NCBI GenBank assembly: GCA_964624665.1
Contig: CAZUZG010000001.1
Location: 7,310-71,309, forward strand
From: an uncultured Candidatus Saccharibacteria bacterium
GTDB lineage: Bacteria; Patescibacteriota; Minisyncoccia; Phycocordibacterales; UBA9973
Length of the DNA stretch: 64,000 nt
Direction: 5' to 3'
The first letter of the stretch is position 1. Each line of letters begins with the position of its first letter. Made by a program: the position numbers and the translations under genes. The notes under the pieces were generated by a model, which searched no databases, had not been told where the DNA came from, and worked only from the letters and a program-made list of their open reading frames with translations. This document shows positions 37,437 through 48,490 of the stretch, one piece after another.

Positions 37437-40400
37437 CTACGGCGTGGTAATAACAATATGTTTAACTTCAGAATAATCTGTACTAACAGGCTCTCCGTTT
37501 ACACATTGTGGGCTCGGAGACAAACCGTCTGTACATATTCTTGCAGCTCCAATATAAGTTCCTGTCAGTGGGTCTCCATTGCTATAATCAGCAGGACAAA
37601 TTGATTTTATATCTAACTCAAATCCCCACGCCATAGCCTGTTGATATTGAAGCTGAGCACATTTATTTAAAATTAATTCGGGGTATGTAACTACTAAATC
37701 GGGTTTGTTGACACAAATCGGATATGTTTTAGTGCAAGTAATTTGGTTACAATCGGAAGAGGTAAGCTCCGGTAATTGGCAATCTAATTTACATTGTGCA
37801 ACTAATTCAGCAACCATTTTATCAATATCGGCCATAGTAACGGCATTTGCATCAGGATTAGCAGGGCATTCAACAATTACATAACAACTGGCCTGTAAAG
37901 CGGCAATGATAGCTTGTTTAAAATCACCCGCCTTGTTATCACAAGAGGTTTCGCAATTATCTATTACACCGGGTAACGCTTGATTGTAATTTGCAACTGC
38001 ACACGAACAAGTTGTACATGCCTCAGGTGGTGGAGTTATTTGCGGCGATTCAGTACTATTTTTTATACATTCATAAAAACTCCCTCTCATTGAACAACTC
38101 CAATCGGCAACATTCGCCTGACAGGTAGTACCTGAATAACATGGTGCGGTAGCGGGAGTTACTGTGCTTGGTCCATAAAAATTATACAGTTCTTCGCAAG
38201 TGGAATTATCACCACAGGTATATTCAAAATACTTAAATGCGAATACGGGATTTTTAATGTAGGGATATACCGGATCCGTAGTGTTATCAGGATGTGTAAC
38301 CATTGGGATTGCTGTTGATGTGCCTCCACCCCATAAAGTGTTATTGTATTCGGGCTGATCAGTGGTTAAAGGAATAAAATCATCAGGAGTCGTACTTGGA
38401 GTAATACATGAGTAACAATCCGGATTAAGAATTATTTTCGCGAATTTGTTTCCGGCACATTGTAAAAATGGAGTAACCATGTTGTATTGGTAATCTGCGT
38501 CCTCACCTCTCATCCAATTTCCAAGTAAACCCGAAATAAATTGATTCAGCCAATCGATCCCTCCACTATTATCATTGAATGGTAAATCAAATAACGAGCT
38601 CGGACCAGTTTCATTTCCGCTCTCATCATCCTGGTCATCGCCATCTGCTCCATCTTCAACATGAGAGCCTGAAGGCAAACCATCAACAACATCTTCGTAG
38701 GTATGTACAATTGCTTTCCAGCAAAGCTCCAATTGTGGACAAGTGTATTGTACCATTGGCGCGGCAGTTATTGGATTGCCATTGCAATCCGTTGTTCCCT
38801 CACAACTGTAAACGTCATTTAACATATGCGTTACCATTTGGTCAAACTGACCTATTTGGTATCCCGGGCAAAAATTGGAAGTGAAATTCAAAGCAAAACT
38901 TGCCGGACCAACAGCGTCCATAAGATACTGCTCAAAATGAGGCGTAATATGCCCTGTTCCCGGGTCAACATCACAAAGGCTTTTTTCAGTTGAACAACCA
39001 ATAGCTGTGACCGAGTAAGGACAGCAAGGGGTACTTACAGCAATTTGAACGGGATCACCATTTGAATTATAGATAAGTGAAACTGACGATGGCATAGGCA
39101 TGCCATCAGGATAAGCCGAGCCGGAAAAATAAGTTGTAATGTCAGCAGAAGGAACGTTCGCCGGAAAATTATTCAAATAGCCTTCGTAAACTTCTTGGTC
39201 GAGATGTTGGGTACAAATCCAATTCTGAACCATTGCAATGAAGCCATCAGGGCCATTTCCTTCTTTTGGAACTATTGTAACTCCTGTTGGTGTAATAATT
39301 TTTTCAATAATATAAGTTCCCGGAGGAAGACCTGAAATTGGATATGGCCCAACATCCTCAACACCACTTGCTCCGCACACAGTTTGACTGGTAAAGTTTA
39401 ACAAATCTACACCCGGGTTATCGATGTTAAATACTCTCATTGCTAAGGTATATCCGCAAGTACCATCGGCACACATAGCCTCAACATTATCGCAATCAAT
39501 ATGATAACTAACAGTAAGTGTATTACTAGCCAATGTAAGTGTTATACGTTTTGTTGTTACATAACCATCTCCAACTTTAACCTTGCCGGTAACATCATCG
39601 CATACATTTATATCTAAACCTGTTTCATCAAGAGGTACAAGCGCGGTGTTTTCGTTTGGACTAAATGCAAGGGCAGTTGCAATGGTATGCCCTTCAAAAG
39701 TATAAGTTACCGAAGCTGTATTATTGGCATCAAAAGTAATCGTTTTCAAAACAGAAGATGCGTCAGGAGCTTCGTCACCAAATAAACGTATCAGTTCCAT
39801 ATCGGAAGGACTGTCATAATATGTTCGGGTAGTATGATTTTGCCCGGTCTGTAAACCTAAACTATGCGCAAAACCAGGTGAAGATATTTCCTTAACCCTA
39901 TTCGTTCCATCGTTATAATAAATAACACGGGAATAAGGATAACCTTTAGCATCGGCAACCCTATCGGTATTTCCTGAATAATAATCAAAAGCTCCAGTGT
40001 TCTCCGAAACAATTGATGGAGTCGTAAAATTACTATTTTCGTCAAAATCATCCGCTGTATATAATTCAGGCGTTGGCGATGCCGTATTCAACATAAAGTC
40101 ATTTTTATAACCGCTCAAATTACCATTAACAGGAACAGGAAGCGAGGTTAAAGAAGGACGTCCCGTATTGTCATTTACTGTAGAAGAAACAACCGTAGTT
40201 TGTTCCGACTGAATATAAGCCTGCGATTGAGTTATGTGTTGTAAACCATTTGCATAACTGATCTGCTCATTTTTTTTATTGCCCTCATTAAAAGTACGTG
40301 AAAAAATCCAGTTCTTATCAGCATCAGGATCGGTGTAGAAAAAATAAGGGCAGGTACTTCCTGTTAATGAAGAAAGACCAAGTGAAACAGTTCCTGAGGT

Positions 40401-41303
40401 AATTGCATTTGTCCACTGTCCCCAGTTCTGATAATTTGTAGCACCGCCAGGATAATATGTTCCTATTGGGCGAACACGCCAAACATAAAATCCCGTTCCC
40501 TCTGCAATGTGCAAAGTCATTGTGGTAGCTTTATCTTCAGTTTCAATATTCAGGGCACCACTCCAGTCAATCTCAGAAGTAATAATATTTTCCGACACCA
40601 TTGTTAAAGTACTTGTATTCCTTAAACGCAATAATTGAAACTGATAATTCTGATATTCATGCCCTCCATTATTCCATGAGAAAGTAGCTAAACGCGAGCC
40701 TAACTGAGCCGTTTGTGGGGTTATGGTAAATGATTGAAATGCTGATGCGTTTCTTACATCAACACCATAATTAACGGCATAATTAATATCCAATACAAGA
40801 GAGTTTTCGATTGTTGTTTGTATCGCAGCCGGATTACCTGCATCAGGAGTAAGTGTAATGTTTGATACTACTACCTTGCCTATTTTTGCAGATGCAGTTG
40901 TCCATTGCGTAAAGTTTCTATAATATACAACTTCGGGTTTGTTTTCATCAATGTGTATTGTTTGACTGGTCGAACTAAAAACACCCGGTATTAAAACACC
41001 TGCCAATGTCTGCGCTTCAATATCAAAAGTTATGGTATACCCCCAAACAATTTTTCCAAGCGCATACTCATCTTGTCCGCTTTTAAACCGAACAAAAAGT
41101 TCTGCTTTATCTATTCTGTTATCAAGGTTAAAATTCCTGTAGGTAACATTTGTAGTTGCAGGACTTGCAGCTAAAATAGAAGCTTTAGTGATAATAGTAT
41201 TAGGCGTTCCCCAATAGGTTTGAGCATTGGCTTGCATCGTGCAACATGCAATGATCAAAAGCACCAAGCTTTTTATAAAACGGATTTTTGTTAGAAAATT
41301 CAT
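37437..41303 (-). CDS. large secreted protein with FN3-like, RHS N-terminal (DUF6443-like) and Cys-rich regions
   Basis: Signal peptide; YVWRVRPIG..WGQWT; ISYANGLQHITQSQ..NDNTGRP..LP..YPYSRVIY..RVKEISSPG resembles the start of Bacteroidota RHS shells; many Cys in the C-terminal half. Confidence 0.7.
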   Translation of the reverse strand: MNFLTKIRFIKSLVLLIIACCTMQANAQTYWGTPNTIITKASILAASPATTNVTYRNFNLDNRIDKAELFVRFKSGQDEYALGKIVWGYTITFDIEAQTLAGVLIPGVFSSTSQTIHIDENKPEVVYYRNFTQWTTASAKIGKVVVSNITLTPDAGNPAAIQTTIENSLVLDINYAVNYGVDVRNASAFQSFTITPQTAQLGSRLATFSWNNGGHEYQNYQFQLLRLRNTSTLTMVSENIITSEIDWSGALNIETEDKATTMTLHIAEGTGFYVWRVRPIGTYYPGGATNYQNWGQWTNAITSGTVSLGLSSLTGSTCPYFFYTDPDADKNWIFSRTFNEGNKKNEQISYANGLQHITQSQAYIQSEQTTVVSSTVNDNTGRPSLTSLPVPVNGNLSGYKNDFMLNTASPTPELYTADDFDENSNFTTPSIVSENTGAFDYYSGNTDRVADAKGYPYSRVIYYNDGTNRVKEISSPGFAHSLGLQTGQNHTTRTYYDSPSDMELIRLFGDEAPDASSVLKTITFDANNTASVTYTFEGHTIATALAFSPNENTALVPLDETGLDINVCDDVTGKVKVGDGYVTTKRITLTLASNTLTVSYHIDCDNVEAMCADGTCGYTLAMRVFNIDNPGVDLLNFTSQTVCGASGVEDVGPYPISGLPPGTYIIEKIITPTGVTIVPKEGNGPDGFIAMVQNWICTQHLDQEVYEGYLNNFPANVPSADITTYFSGSAYPDGMPMPSSVSLIYNSNGDPVQIAVSTPCCPYSVTAIGCSTEKSLCDVDPGTGHITPHFEQYLMDAVGPASFALNFTSNFCPGYQIGQFDQMVTHMLNDVYSCEGTTDCNGNPITAAPMVQYTCPQLELCWKAIVHTYEDVVDGLPSGSHVEDGADGDDQDDESGNETGPSSLFDLPFNDNSGGIDWLNQFISGLLGNWMRGEDADYQYNMVTPFLQCAGNKFAKIILNPDCYSCITPSTTPDDFIPLTTDQPEYNNTLWGGGTSTAIPMVTHPDNTTDPVYPYIKNPVFAFKYFEYTCGDNSTCEELYNFYGPSTVTPATAPCYSGTTCQANVADWSCSMRGSFYECIKNSTESPQITPPPEACTTCSCAVANYNQALPGVIDNCETSCDNKAGDFKQAIIAALQASCYVIVECPANPDANAVTMADIDKMVAELVAQCKLDCQLPELTSSDCNQITCTKTYPICVNKPDLVVTYPELILNKCAQLQYQQAMAWGFELDIKSICPADYSNGDPLTGTYIGAARICTDGLSPSPQCVNGEPVSTDYSEVKHIVITTP

Positions 41304-41322
41304 AGCCTTTCAGTATAATGAG

Positions 41323-42087
41323 TTAATGAGTCTTTTTGCTTTTAACTTTGGTTTTACTTCTGTTGTCAACCAGTTCGTATCCTTTATATTTCGTAGTTAA
41401 TTTTCCACTGCTTGTTATAAATATTTCTTTTACATTTTTTTCCTTTGGAGGAGTCGTGTAATTAAAATCAACCGTTTTATACGTAACAGTAGTTTGTTTG
41501 ACCTTATATGATGGTACATAATTCATTTTTAGTTGAGTCAGTAAACTATCATTCATATCCATGATACATGAAAACCCTTGCAGGTTACTTTTAGCCCTTA
41601 ATTTAACAGGAACTACCAAATCCATCCTTTTGTAATTACGCCCATTTTCTGCAAAATCTTTACACGAAACTATTTCGCTGGACATTAACAAAGAATCCCT
41701 CATTTGGAAGAGCTTTGTGTTTGTTTCTGCAAAGTTCCCTTTCTTTTCATCCACCGCATCCATCCAATAAACGGATTTATCAGCTTTTGTTACAACAAAC
41801 ATATCTTTATCATCCTTGTAAATATTCATCAGATCGCTGAGATAGAAATAGATTTTATCTGTCATAATGAGCTTTACTTCTGATTTTACTTTTGGATACA
41901 AACTACTATCCTTCATTACCGACTCACTAAGCATGTGCATATAATAGCACTGCCCTGATTTTGGCGATTTGCTGATATTCATCTTTGAATAGTAATTGCC
42001 CAATAATTTTTTGCAACCACTATCCTCCACTGTTCCTGCAAAACAGAATGGAATAAGAAGAAATACTATGTAATATTTTTTAAGCAT
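41323..42087 (-). CDS. exported protein, possible LolA-like fold
   Basis: Signal peptide; helix then serial beta strands (..NIYKDDKDMFVVTKADKSVYW..) reminiscent of LolA; translationally coupled. Confidence 0.5.
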   Translation of the reverse strand: MLKKYYIVFLLIPFCFAGTVEDSGCKKLLGNYYSKMNISKSPKSGQCYYMHMLSESVMKDSSLYPKVKSEVKLIMTDKIYFYLSDLMNIYKDDKDMFVVTKADKSVYWMDAVDEKKGNFAETNTKLFQMRDSLLMSSEIVSCKDFAENGRNYKRMDLVVPVKLRAKSNLQGFSCIMDMNDSLLTQLKMNYVPSYKVKQTTVTYKTVDFNYTTPPKEKNVKEIFITSSGKLTTKYKGYELVDNRSKTKVKSKKTH

Positions 42088-45000
42088 TTATCGTAGTACG
42101 GATTCTGTATTGTAATGAGTTTCAGTAATTGTTTTCATACCTCTTTCCGTTTCAACCATTTTACGAATCAACTTACCTTCATCGTTATACTGGTAAAACA
42201 ATCCGAAATTTCTGTCATCAAACTGCGCTATCAGACGAAGTGATTTGTTGTCATAAACATAAGATGTTACCTGAGCATCGATTGGCTGGAAACGGAAATC
42301 ATCCATTAAAACCTGTTCACCTCCTTGAGCATTGTATTTTAAAGCAATGCTTGAGCTTGTTGCACCACTCCAGTTTGTAATATTTACTTCATATAAAGAC
42401 CAATCTCCAAGCGTTGCAACTTTTGTAAATGGAACCGTTCCTCCGGAAGTCACAGCCCGTAAGTTTCCGCTTAAATTATGCGTTGATGATTTTAACCATA
42501 GTTTTATGGCAGCTCCTTTCGTGGCAAGACCTGTACTCGTTAGATTAATATTAGAAAGCATGGTATAGCCGGAAGAAACGGATACTGAAATATCAAGCGA
42601 TTGTTTTCCCGAGTGTCCATCCGCAACAATTACCGGACTACCGCTGTAATCTGAATTGTATTCAAAATCATAGAAATAAGAAGCGGCGTACTTGGTATTT
42701 TTACCGATTAGTACCGGAACCAGTTTCTTGTAACCATACTTAGCCGCACTATATATACCTGTAATATCCACTTCTTCGAGTGCTTCGCCATCAGGAGAAT
42801 ACATAGTAACTTCATTTACTTTTATCCAATTGTTTGAGCTATTGGAAGGGTTTTGCCAATCAAATAATGAGAAGGTATTGAAAATTCCTCCATCCCAAAT
42901 TTTGTTTGTTCCCTGTTGGTTGGAAGACAAAACAATTTCATCTTTATAAGCATAATTTGCTTTCAATCTGAAAATTGGATTTGAAGCAGCAGCTGTCGCT
43001 GTGGAATAATCTGCAATTAAATCTGTTGCTCCCCAATTCCACGAATTGGAATATTCCATGGCTTCTGCTGATACAATCCCCTGCGGGCTTCCAAACCATG
43101 GTAATGGTGTTGGACTTAATGGCCCTCCGATATTAACATACGTTGGACTTGTTCCCGGGGCTAAAATAAATGGATTACCATTTATTCCGTAGGAAACAAC
43201 AGTACCTGCGGGTAGCTTCAACTGGTTAGTGTTTGAAGATGAAATCCATTTTGGTCGCATAGCTGTGTAATACCACGCAGCCGGAATATTCATGCTATAA
43301 AACGCTCCGTCATGCGGAACTGTTTTGTCTGCTAACATAAGTTTATCGAAACCGTCATAGGTACGTGTAAGTACTTTATTACCGGTATAATAATCAAAGC
43401 CCAAATTATCTGTAACAGACCATGAACCATCCTGGTAAGCACGCACAGATTTTATTATCGCAGGATATCTTGTAACTTTTGAAATAGAGTGAGAACTTAT
43501 TGCACTCTCATGCAAGTCCATAGATACACAAGCTGTAACAAAAATAGGTGGTGGTATTGCAAGTGTTATACTCACATCGAGTTCTAATGAAAGATCAATG
43601 TTCTTATCTTCAATAGAACGCATATCCATGCAGAGATCCATTTCTTTACCCGGATAGGATTTAATGGCTTTTATACCGCCATTTTCACCATACATCAGCG
43701 TAATCTTTTCGCCAGGTTCAAAGTAGGTAAATTCCTGGGCTGAAGTAAGGTATGCATCAGGAGAATTAAAGCCTCCCGATCCATTTGCTGTTGGTGTCAT
43801 TGAAGTACCACCATACGTATATGTCGCCTTTGTTTGACCATGCATGCTATTGATAATAAATCGGAATCCCTGAGCCAGCCACTGCTTGGATTTAGAGTAA
43901 TTAATAAGTCCGGCAGGAACTTGTAAAAAGTCCTTCTTTGAATTTGAACTGAGTTCACTTGCTTCAAATCCTTTTCCTACAACATCATCCGTTGAATAGT
44001 AACGGTCAAAGGCATAATCCTTTGCAGTATAAAATTCATTCACAGAAAATCCTGTACCGGTATTTCCGCTATGAATATTTTTTGTAACGACCCTCGAATA
44101 TCCAATGGATGGAGAAGATATAATACTTTCTCCCAGAGGCCCTTCTAACTCCGTTTTATCTTCACCTGCGGTTAATTGGCTATACAGAGATTGTGATTTA
44201 CGCGGGATTAAATATACCAATGGACTTTCTTCTTTACCTCCGGAAGGCTCATTTACAGCTACACCGCTACTCAATCCATCGTTCCCTTTGTATTCGTATT
44301 CCGAACCATAAAGAACAGCATCGCCCGTTTCCATTCCAGGATCATACATTAATAAACGTTTAACTCTTATTCCACCACCTCGTTTATCTTTTACAAGCGG
44401 AACACGGACATAAGACAAGGATGGTAAATACTCACCAACATCACCTAACTCAGGAACATCATAAGTATCATCTGAAAGTGTTGGTAAAATACCAGTAGCA
44501 CCACCTGTTATCCCCTTTGCTATTTGCTTTACAAATCTAGGTAAAGGCTTATTCGGACCTCCCTCGTTAATATTATTATCATCAAAACTAAATGTAGAAG
44601 CATCGCTGACGTTTCCTGTATGATGAAGATATGCATCTGTTAGATCCGCATCAAACCCATCATAATTTGTTGAACAATTAAGTTTTCCACCCTTTTGAGA
44701 TCTCACATACTGCAAGCACTTCCCTTTTGGTGTATGTTCTCCATCATCGGTAATACTAATTATTATTTCATTTCCGGAAGCTGAAACACCTGAAACATCA
44801 ACATAGCCGTCAATATACTCTGATGTGCAATTATCACTAAGTGATGGTGTAACACCCGACTTTAATCCATAAAGGAATTTGAAAAACATTTTTTTCTTAT
44901 CAGGGCCAAGATACTCTGCTGTTATAGCGTCCTTCAAAGCATCGCGTTCATTTGCAAAGCCTGGATCTGAAGGGTTATACCCCAAATCAGCCAGATTAAT

Positions 45001-47856
45001 ATGATACTCAGCTGTACCTGATGAAGAAGTTAGTGATACCATTGCCATTGCCTTTCTGTCCTGTACATAACGATAATCCTTTTCCTCATACTGGATATGA
45101 ATTTCTCCACCCGATGGTAAAACAATTTGTTTTAATTGCCAGGCCGCAGGATCGTAATTAGCAGTTGAAGGAATAGCTCCCTGATACACCCATGGTTTCA
45201 TATCTATGTGTCTTTGTGCACCGTCGTATTGATGATGCCCCCACATATCCATATTGTATGGTTCGTAATTAGGATTCTGAGCATAATAATTTAATAAAGC
45301 ATATGGAGTAGAAGTTCCAGCTATATCGGGGTATTTACTCTGCAATTGAGCCGGATAATTCGTATGATATTCATATTTGAATTCGTAGGGCGAAATTTTC
45401 GCATTATAAATCCCTTCGTATTCAAACCATATTTTTTTCAAAGTTAATTTCCCGCTTCCGGCACCGGTCGCTGTAGAATTTGGTAAGCCTTGAACTAGAC
45501 TATTATCATATTCGAAATTCACAATCTTAATAGGCTTGTCGTAACGACCTTTTGCGAAAAGTATGATTTTCTCTAATTTTTCAAGTTTCTGCGTTCCTTT
45601 CATCGTAGTACTTGCAGAAGCTCCAGCAGCACCACCCAAACCGTCAGGTCTATCAATCCCTGAACCGTTTAATACCGTTTGATTTGCTGAAGGAATACCA
45701 AATGAAGCAAAGTCACTTGCAACAGTTTCATTTGTAATGAAGAATGCCACATGGGTTTTTGTTTCAATAACTTTTAAATAGTTAACTTCCTTTTCTCCAA
45801 TATTCAATCCCCCCATATCATCATTCTTGTCAGAAATTTGGTTTTTAGCATAAGTAAGTCCATTGTACGGAATACGCCAGTTATACCAACTACCTTGCGA
45901 ACTATTATCTCCATACACTTTTCTATAATCAAATTTTGTCCATGAACCGAAATCATCATCATCGGGTGCGCCATTACCGTTAGCATCAACATATTCAGGC
46001 GAAATAATTTGTGTAAGTAAATAAGAAGATGCATAAGGGGTACTTCTTTTTTCACCAACAACTGTCTTATTTACAATCGGATCGCTTTCATTCGCATCAT
46101 GTGCAACTAAGTAGTTGTTTTGTGGTATTGCATTATCAATATCCACCTGAATATTTAATTCATTTTTATTGTATACGGGTAAACTGTAAACATATTTATT
46201 TCCTTCGTCATTGTATATTTCAAAAGTAGAAAGGCCGGAATTAGGATTAATATAGGAAGATGATCCTCCTGTTTGTGTCATTCCACTGGCATTGGTATTA
46301 ACATCTGAAGGAACCCTAGGTTTGAAATTTTTAACTCCGGGAATATTTAAATCAGTTTCAAATTTAGCAACAGAAACACCTGTATTGGAGGAATAATCTA
46401 TACTACCTCCTAAATCATTATTAAATCGGAAAACATAATCGGATAAAGACCCTGAACCAGAATATTCATAATCTCCTCCAGCGTTTGCAACATCCCACTG
46501 CTTATTTTGAATGTACTGTTTACCAATACCAAAATCGAAACCAACTTCAAGATTAGCCCCCAAGCCAATCTCCAATCCCATTTGCCTTGTCTTTATTTCA
46601 CTCTTGGTATAGTTAGGACGATAATGACCGACACGTTTGTCATACATACGAAAACCACCACTAACACCTTCACCACTTACAGAAAAATTATCCGCATTGT
46701 TAAAAGGTATACCAATAAAATTATTTCTCTTATTATATGGATTGTCTTTTTCAAGATAGTAATCAGTCATTGCATCTTCACCGGGAGCAAATCCAATACC
46801 TGATGTACTAACAGTTACATTACCTCCCTGAGCAACATCCTTATTATGCATATAACCATATACACTTCTGTTAACAATTGGTGCATTTCCTTGAATATTG
46901 AAATTTCCTTTTTGACCCACTTCTACTCCTACAGGAATGGAAGGATTTGCCTGAATAGTGCTTGACCAGTTGTAGCCCAATCCTGTGTAAGGAGTTAGTG
47001 CCATAGAGCGCACTGCTTCAGAATGTGTAAACAATCCATAAGATGTACCGAAGGACTGTCCTCCGCTATATTTTAAATTGTTTTTCATTTTAACCTTCGG
47101 CACAAAATCTTTCTTCTTTGCGTTCTTTAATTTTTGCTTGGCAGCCTTTAGCTGATCTTTTAAAGATTTCTTTACCTCTTTTACTTTTTTCTGTTTAGGT
47201 TCATTATCCTTCTTTTTTTGTTTTTTAGTCAAACCTCTTAAAATTGCAACAGGATTAATATTTGCAGAGAAAGTGTATTCACCATCGCTTACATTCATTC
47301 CCAAATTCACCATCCCTTTAAAGCCAACATTCATTCCAATGTTCTTTGAATAGCCTTGATAGTTGTTGTATCTCAAACAACGGGAAGCCCCTAAAGAAAC
47401 ATCCAATGAAAAGGCATCCAATCCAACATCTTTTGTAACTGATGCTGACCAATTAGGTTTTGTTTTATTATAGTAGGTTACCTGCTCACCACTCCATTCA
47501 TCCGGAAAACCTCTTACATCACGGTTAATCGCACCAGGGTTTAATGTCCAGCCATAACCAACCCATGAGGCTTCTTCTTCAGCCGATCCACCCGAGTGGT
47601 ATGAAAGTGATAAATCGTAACCATCACCTTCCGGCCCCGGAACTTTTATAACAGGTAAATTATAAGTGAAATCACCAGAAAATACATTTACCATATCTGT
47701 AGTTGCAACCGGTTCAAAACTTGAGAACTCTGGCGCATTTGGACCTGATGTTAATGCAAATGCAACTGTCGGACTAAATATTTCCGAAAGAAAGGCAACA
47801 GTCAATATTAACGCTGTTACTCTTATTACCTTATTTTTTCGATGCTTATACATCAT
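42088..47856 (-). CDS. large secreted YD-repeat protein with SpvB/TcB-like N-terminus
   Basis: VNVFSGDFTYNLPV..PGP.G..LSLSYHSG..SWVGYGWTL (SpvB-like); LKQIVLPSGG.I..YE, GGIRVKR; ends DDFRFQP..SYVYD..D.R.F..YQYN.EGKL; no RHS core or toxin. Confidence 0.75.
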   Translation of the reverse strand: MMYKHRKNKVIRVTALILTVAFLSEIFSPTVAFALTSGPNAPEFSSFEPVATTDMVNVFSGDFTYNLPVIKVPGPEGDGYDLSLSYHSGGSAEEEASWVGYGWTLNPGAINRDVRGFPDEWSGEQVTYYNKTKPNWSASVTKDVGLDAFSLDVSLGASRCLRYNNYQGYSKNIGMNVGFKGMVNLGMNVSDGEYTFSANINPVAILRGLTKKQKKKDNEPKQKKVKEVKKSLKDQLKAAKQKLKNAKKKDFVPKVKMKNNLKYSGGQSFGTSYGLFTHSEAVRSMALTPYTGLGYNWSSTIQANPSIPVGVEVGQKGNFNIQGNAPIVNRSVYGYMHNKDVAQGGNVTVSTSGIGFAPGEDAMTDYYLEKDNPYNKRNNFIGIPFNNADNFSVSGEGVSGGFRMYDKRVGHYRPNYTKSEIKTRQMGLEIGLGANLEVGFDFGIGKQYIQNKQWDVANAGGDYEYSGSGSLSDYVFRFNNDLGGSIDYSSNTGVSVAKFETDLNIPGVKNFKPRVPSDVNTNASGMTQTGGSSSYINPNSGLSTFEIYNDEGNKYVYSLPVYNKNELNIQVDIDNAIPQNNYLVAHDANESDPIVNKTVVGEKRSTPYASSYLLTQIISPEYVDANGNGAPDDDDFGSWTKFDYRKVYGDNSSQGSWYNWRIPYNGLTYAKNQISDKNDDMGGLNIGEKEVNYLKVIETKTHVAFFITNETVASDFASFGIPSANQTVLNGSGIDRPDGLGGAAGASASTTMKGTQKLEKLEKIILFAKGRYDKPIKIVNFEYDNSLVQGLPNSTATGAGSGKLTLKKIWFEYEGIYNAKISPYEFKYEYHTNYPAQLQSKYPDIAGTSTPYALLNYYAQNPNYEPYNMDMWGHHQYDGAQRHIDMKPWVYQGAIPSTANYDPAAWQLKQIVLPSGGEIHIQYEEKDYRYVQDRKAMAMVSLTSSSGTAEYHINLADLGYNPSDPGFANERDALKDAITAEYLGPDKKKMFFKFLYGLKSGVTPSLSDNCTSEYIDGYVDVSGVSASGNEIIISITDDGEHTPKGKCLQYVRSQKGGKLNCSTNYDGFDADLTDAYLHHTGNVSDASTFSFDDNNINEGGPNKPLPRFVKQIAKGITGGATGILPTLSDDTYDVPELGDVGEYLPSLSYVRVPLVKDKRGGGIRVKRLLMYDPGMETGDAVLYGSEYEYKGNDGLSSGVAVNEPSGGKEESPLVYLIPRKSQSLYSQLTAGEDKTELEGPLGESIISSPSIGYSRVVTKNIHSGNTGTGFSVNEFYTAKDYAFDRYYSTDDVVGKGFEASELSSNSKKDFLQVPAGLINYSKSKQWLAQGFRFIINSMHGQTKATYTYGGTSMTPTANGSGGFNSPDAYLTSAQEFTYFEPGEKITLMYGENGGIKAIKSYPGKEMDLCMDMRSIEDKNIDLSLELDVSITLAIPPPIFVTACVSMDLHESAISSHSISKVTRYPAIIKSVRAYQDGSWSVTDNLGFDYYTGNKVLTRTYDGFDKLMLADKTVPHDGAFYSMNIPAAWYYTAMRPKWISSSNTNQLKLPAGTVVSYGINGNPFILAPGTSPTYVNIGGPLSPTPLPWFGSPQGIVSAEAMEYSNSWNWGATDLIADYSTATAAASNPIFRLKANYAYKDEIVLSSNQQGTNKIWDGGIFNTFSLFDWQNPSNSSNNWIKVNEVTMYSPDGEALEEVDITGIYSAAKYGYKKLVPVLIGKNTKYAASYFYDFEYNSDYSGSPVIVADGHSGKQSLDISVSVSSGYTMLSNINLTSTGLATKGAAIKLWLKSSTHNLSGNLRAVTSGGTVPFTKVATLGDWSLYEVNITNWSGATSSSIALKYNAQGGEQVLMDDFRFQPIDAQVTSYVYDNKSLRLIAQFDDRNFGLFYQYNDEGKLIRKMVETERGMKTITETHYNTESVLR

Positions 47857-47866
47857 AGCTTTTTAT

Positions 47867-48490
47867 TTATAAAAAATTCAAATTAATTTCCTGATTGATC
47901 TCCTTTTTCTTGAATACAAAATGTGAAATACCTGTTTTGAAAAGTTCTCCATCCAATATAAAATCAAACTCTTCGGAGTTTTCCAAATCAGAAGTTTTAT
48001 CCTTTTCCGTAAAAACAATTAGGAAATTTCTTCCCTTTTCAACACTGTAAGTATTTTCCATATTCACTAAAACAGGGGCTAATTCCTGCTTATCAGTTTT
48101 TAGTGTGATGAATCCTTCCATGTCAAAATTTAAAGTCTTTGTTCTTTCAACATAATCCCCAAAAGAGGCTACATCTTCGTATTGAATATCTCCTCCCTTT
48201 TTTACATCGGCCGGCTCAATCTTAAGTAAAAAAGTGCGCGACTTTGAATAGTAATTTTCCAAACTGTCTTTTACATCTTTACTTGTTCCCTTTTTATTCT
48301 TAAGTTCCTTGTATGCCAAAAATTGCGGTGGAAGATATTTAACGCTGATCTTTTTATCGCCAATCACCTTTATTTTAATAAACCCGTTTTCATCGTTGTT
48401 AAACCATTTGTAAAAGGCGGCCTCATCCTTAAAGCCACTTGAACAGCTACTTAAAAGAGAAGCAATAAATATTAAAATATATATTCTCAT
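47867..48490 (-). CDS. putative lipoprotein
   Basis: MRIYILIFIASLLSSC lipobox; ATGA overlap with the upstream gene. Confidence 0.75.
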   Translation of the reverse strand: MRIYILIFIASLLSSCSSGFKDEAAFYKWFNNDENGFIKIKVIGDKKISVKYLPPQFLAYKELKNKKGTSKDVKDSLENYYSKSRTFLLKIEPADVKKGGDIQYEDVASFGDYVERTKTLNFDMEGFITLKTDKQELAPVLVNMENTYSVEKGRNFLIVFTEKDKTSDLENSEEFDFILDGELFKTGISHFVFKKKEINQEINLNFL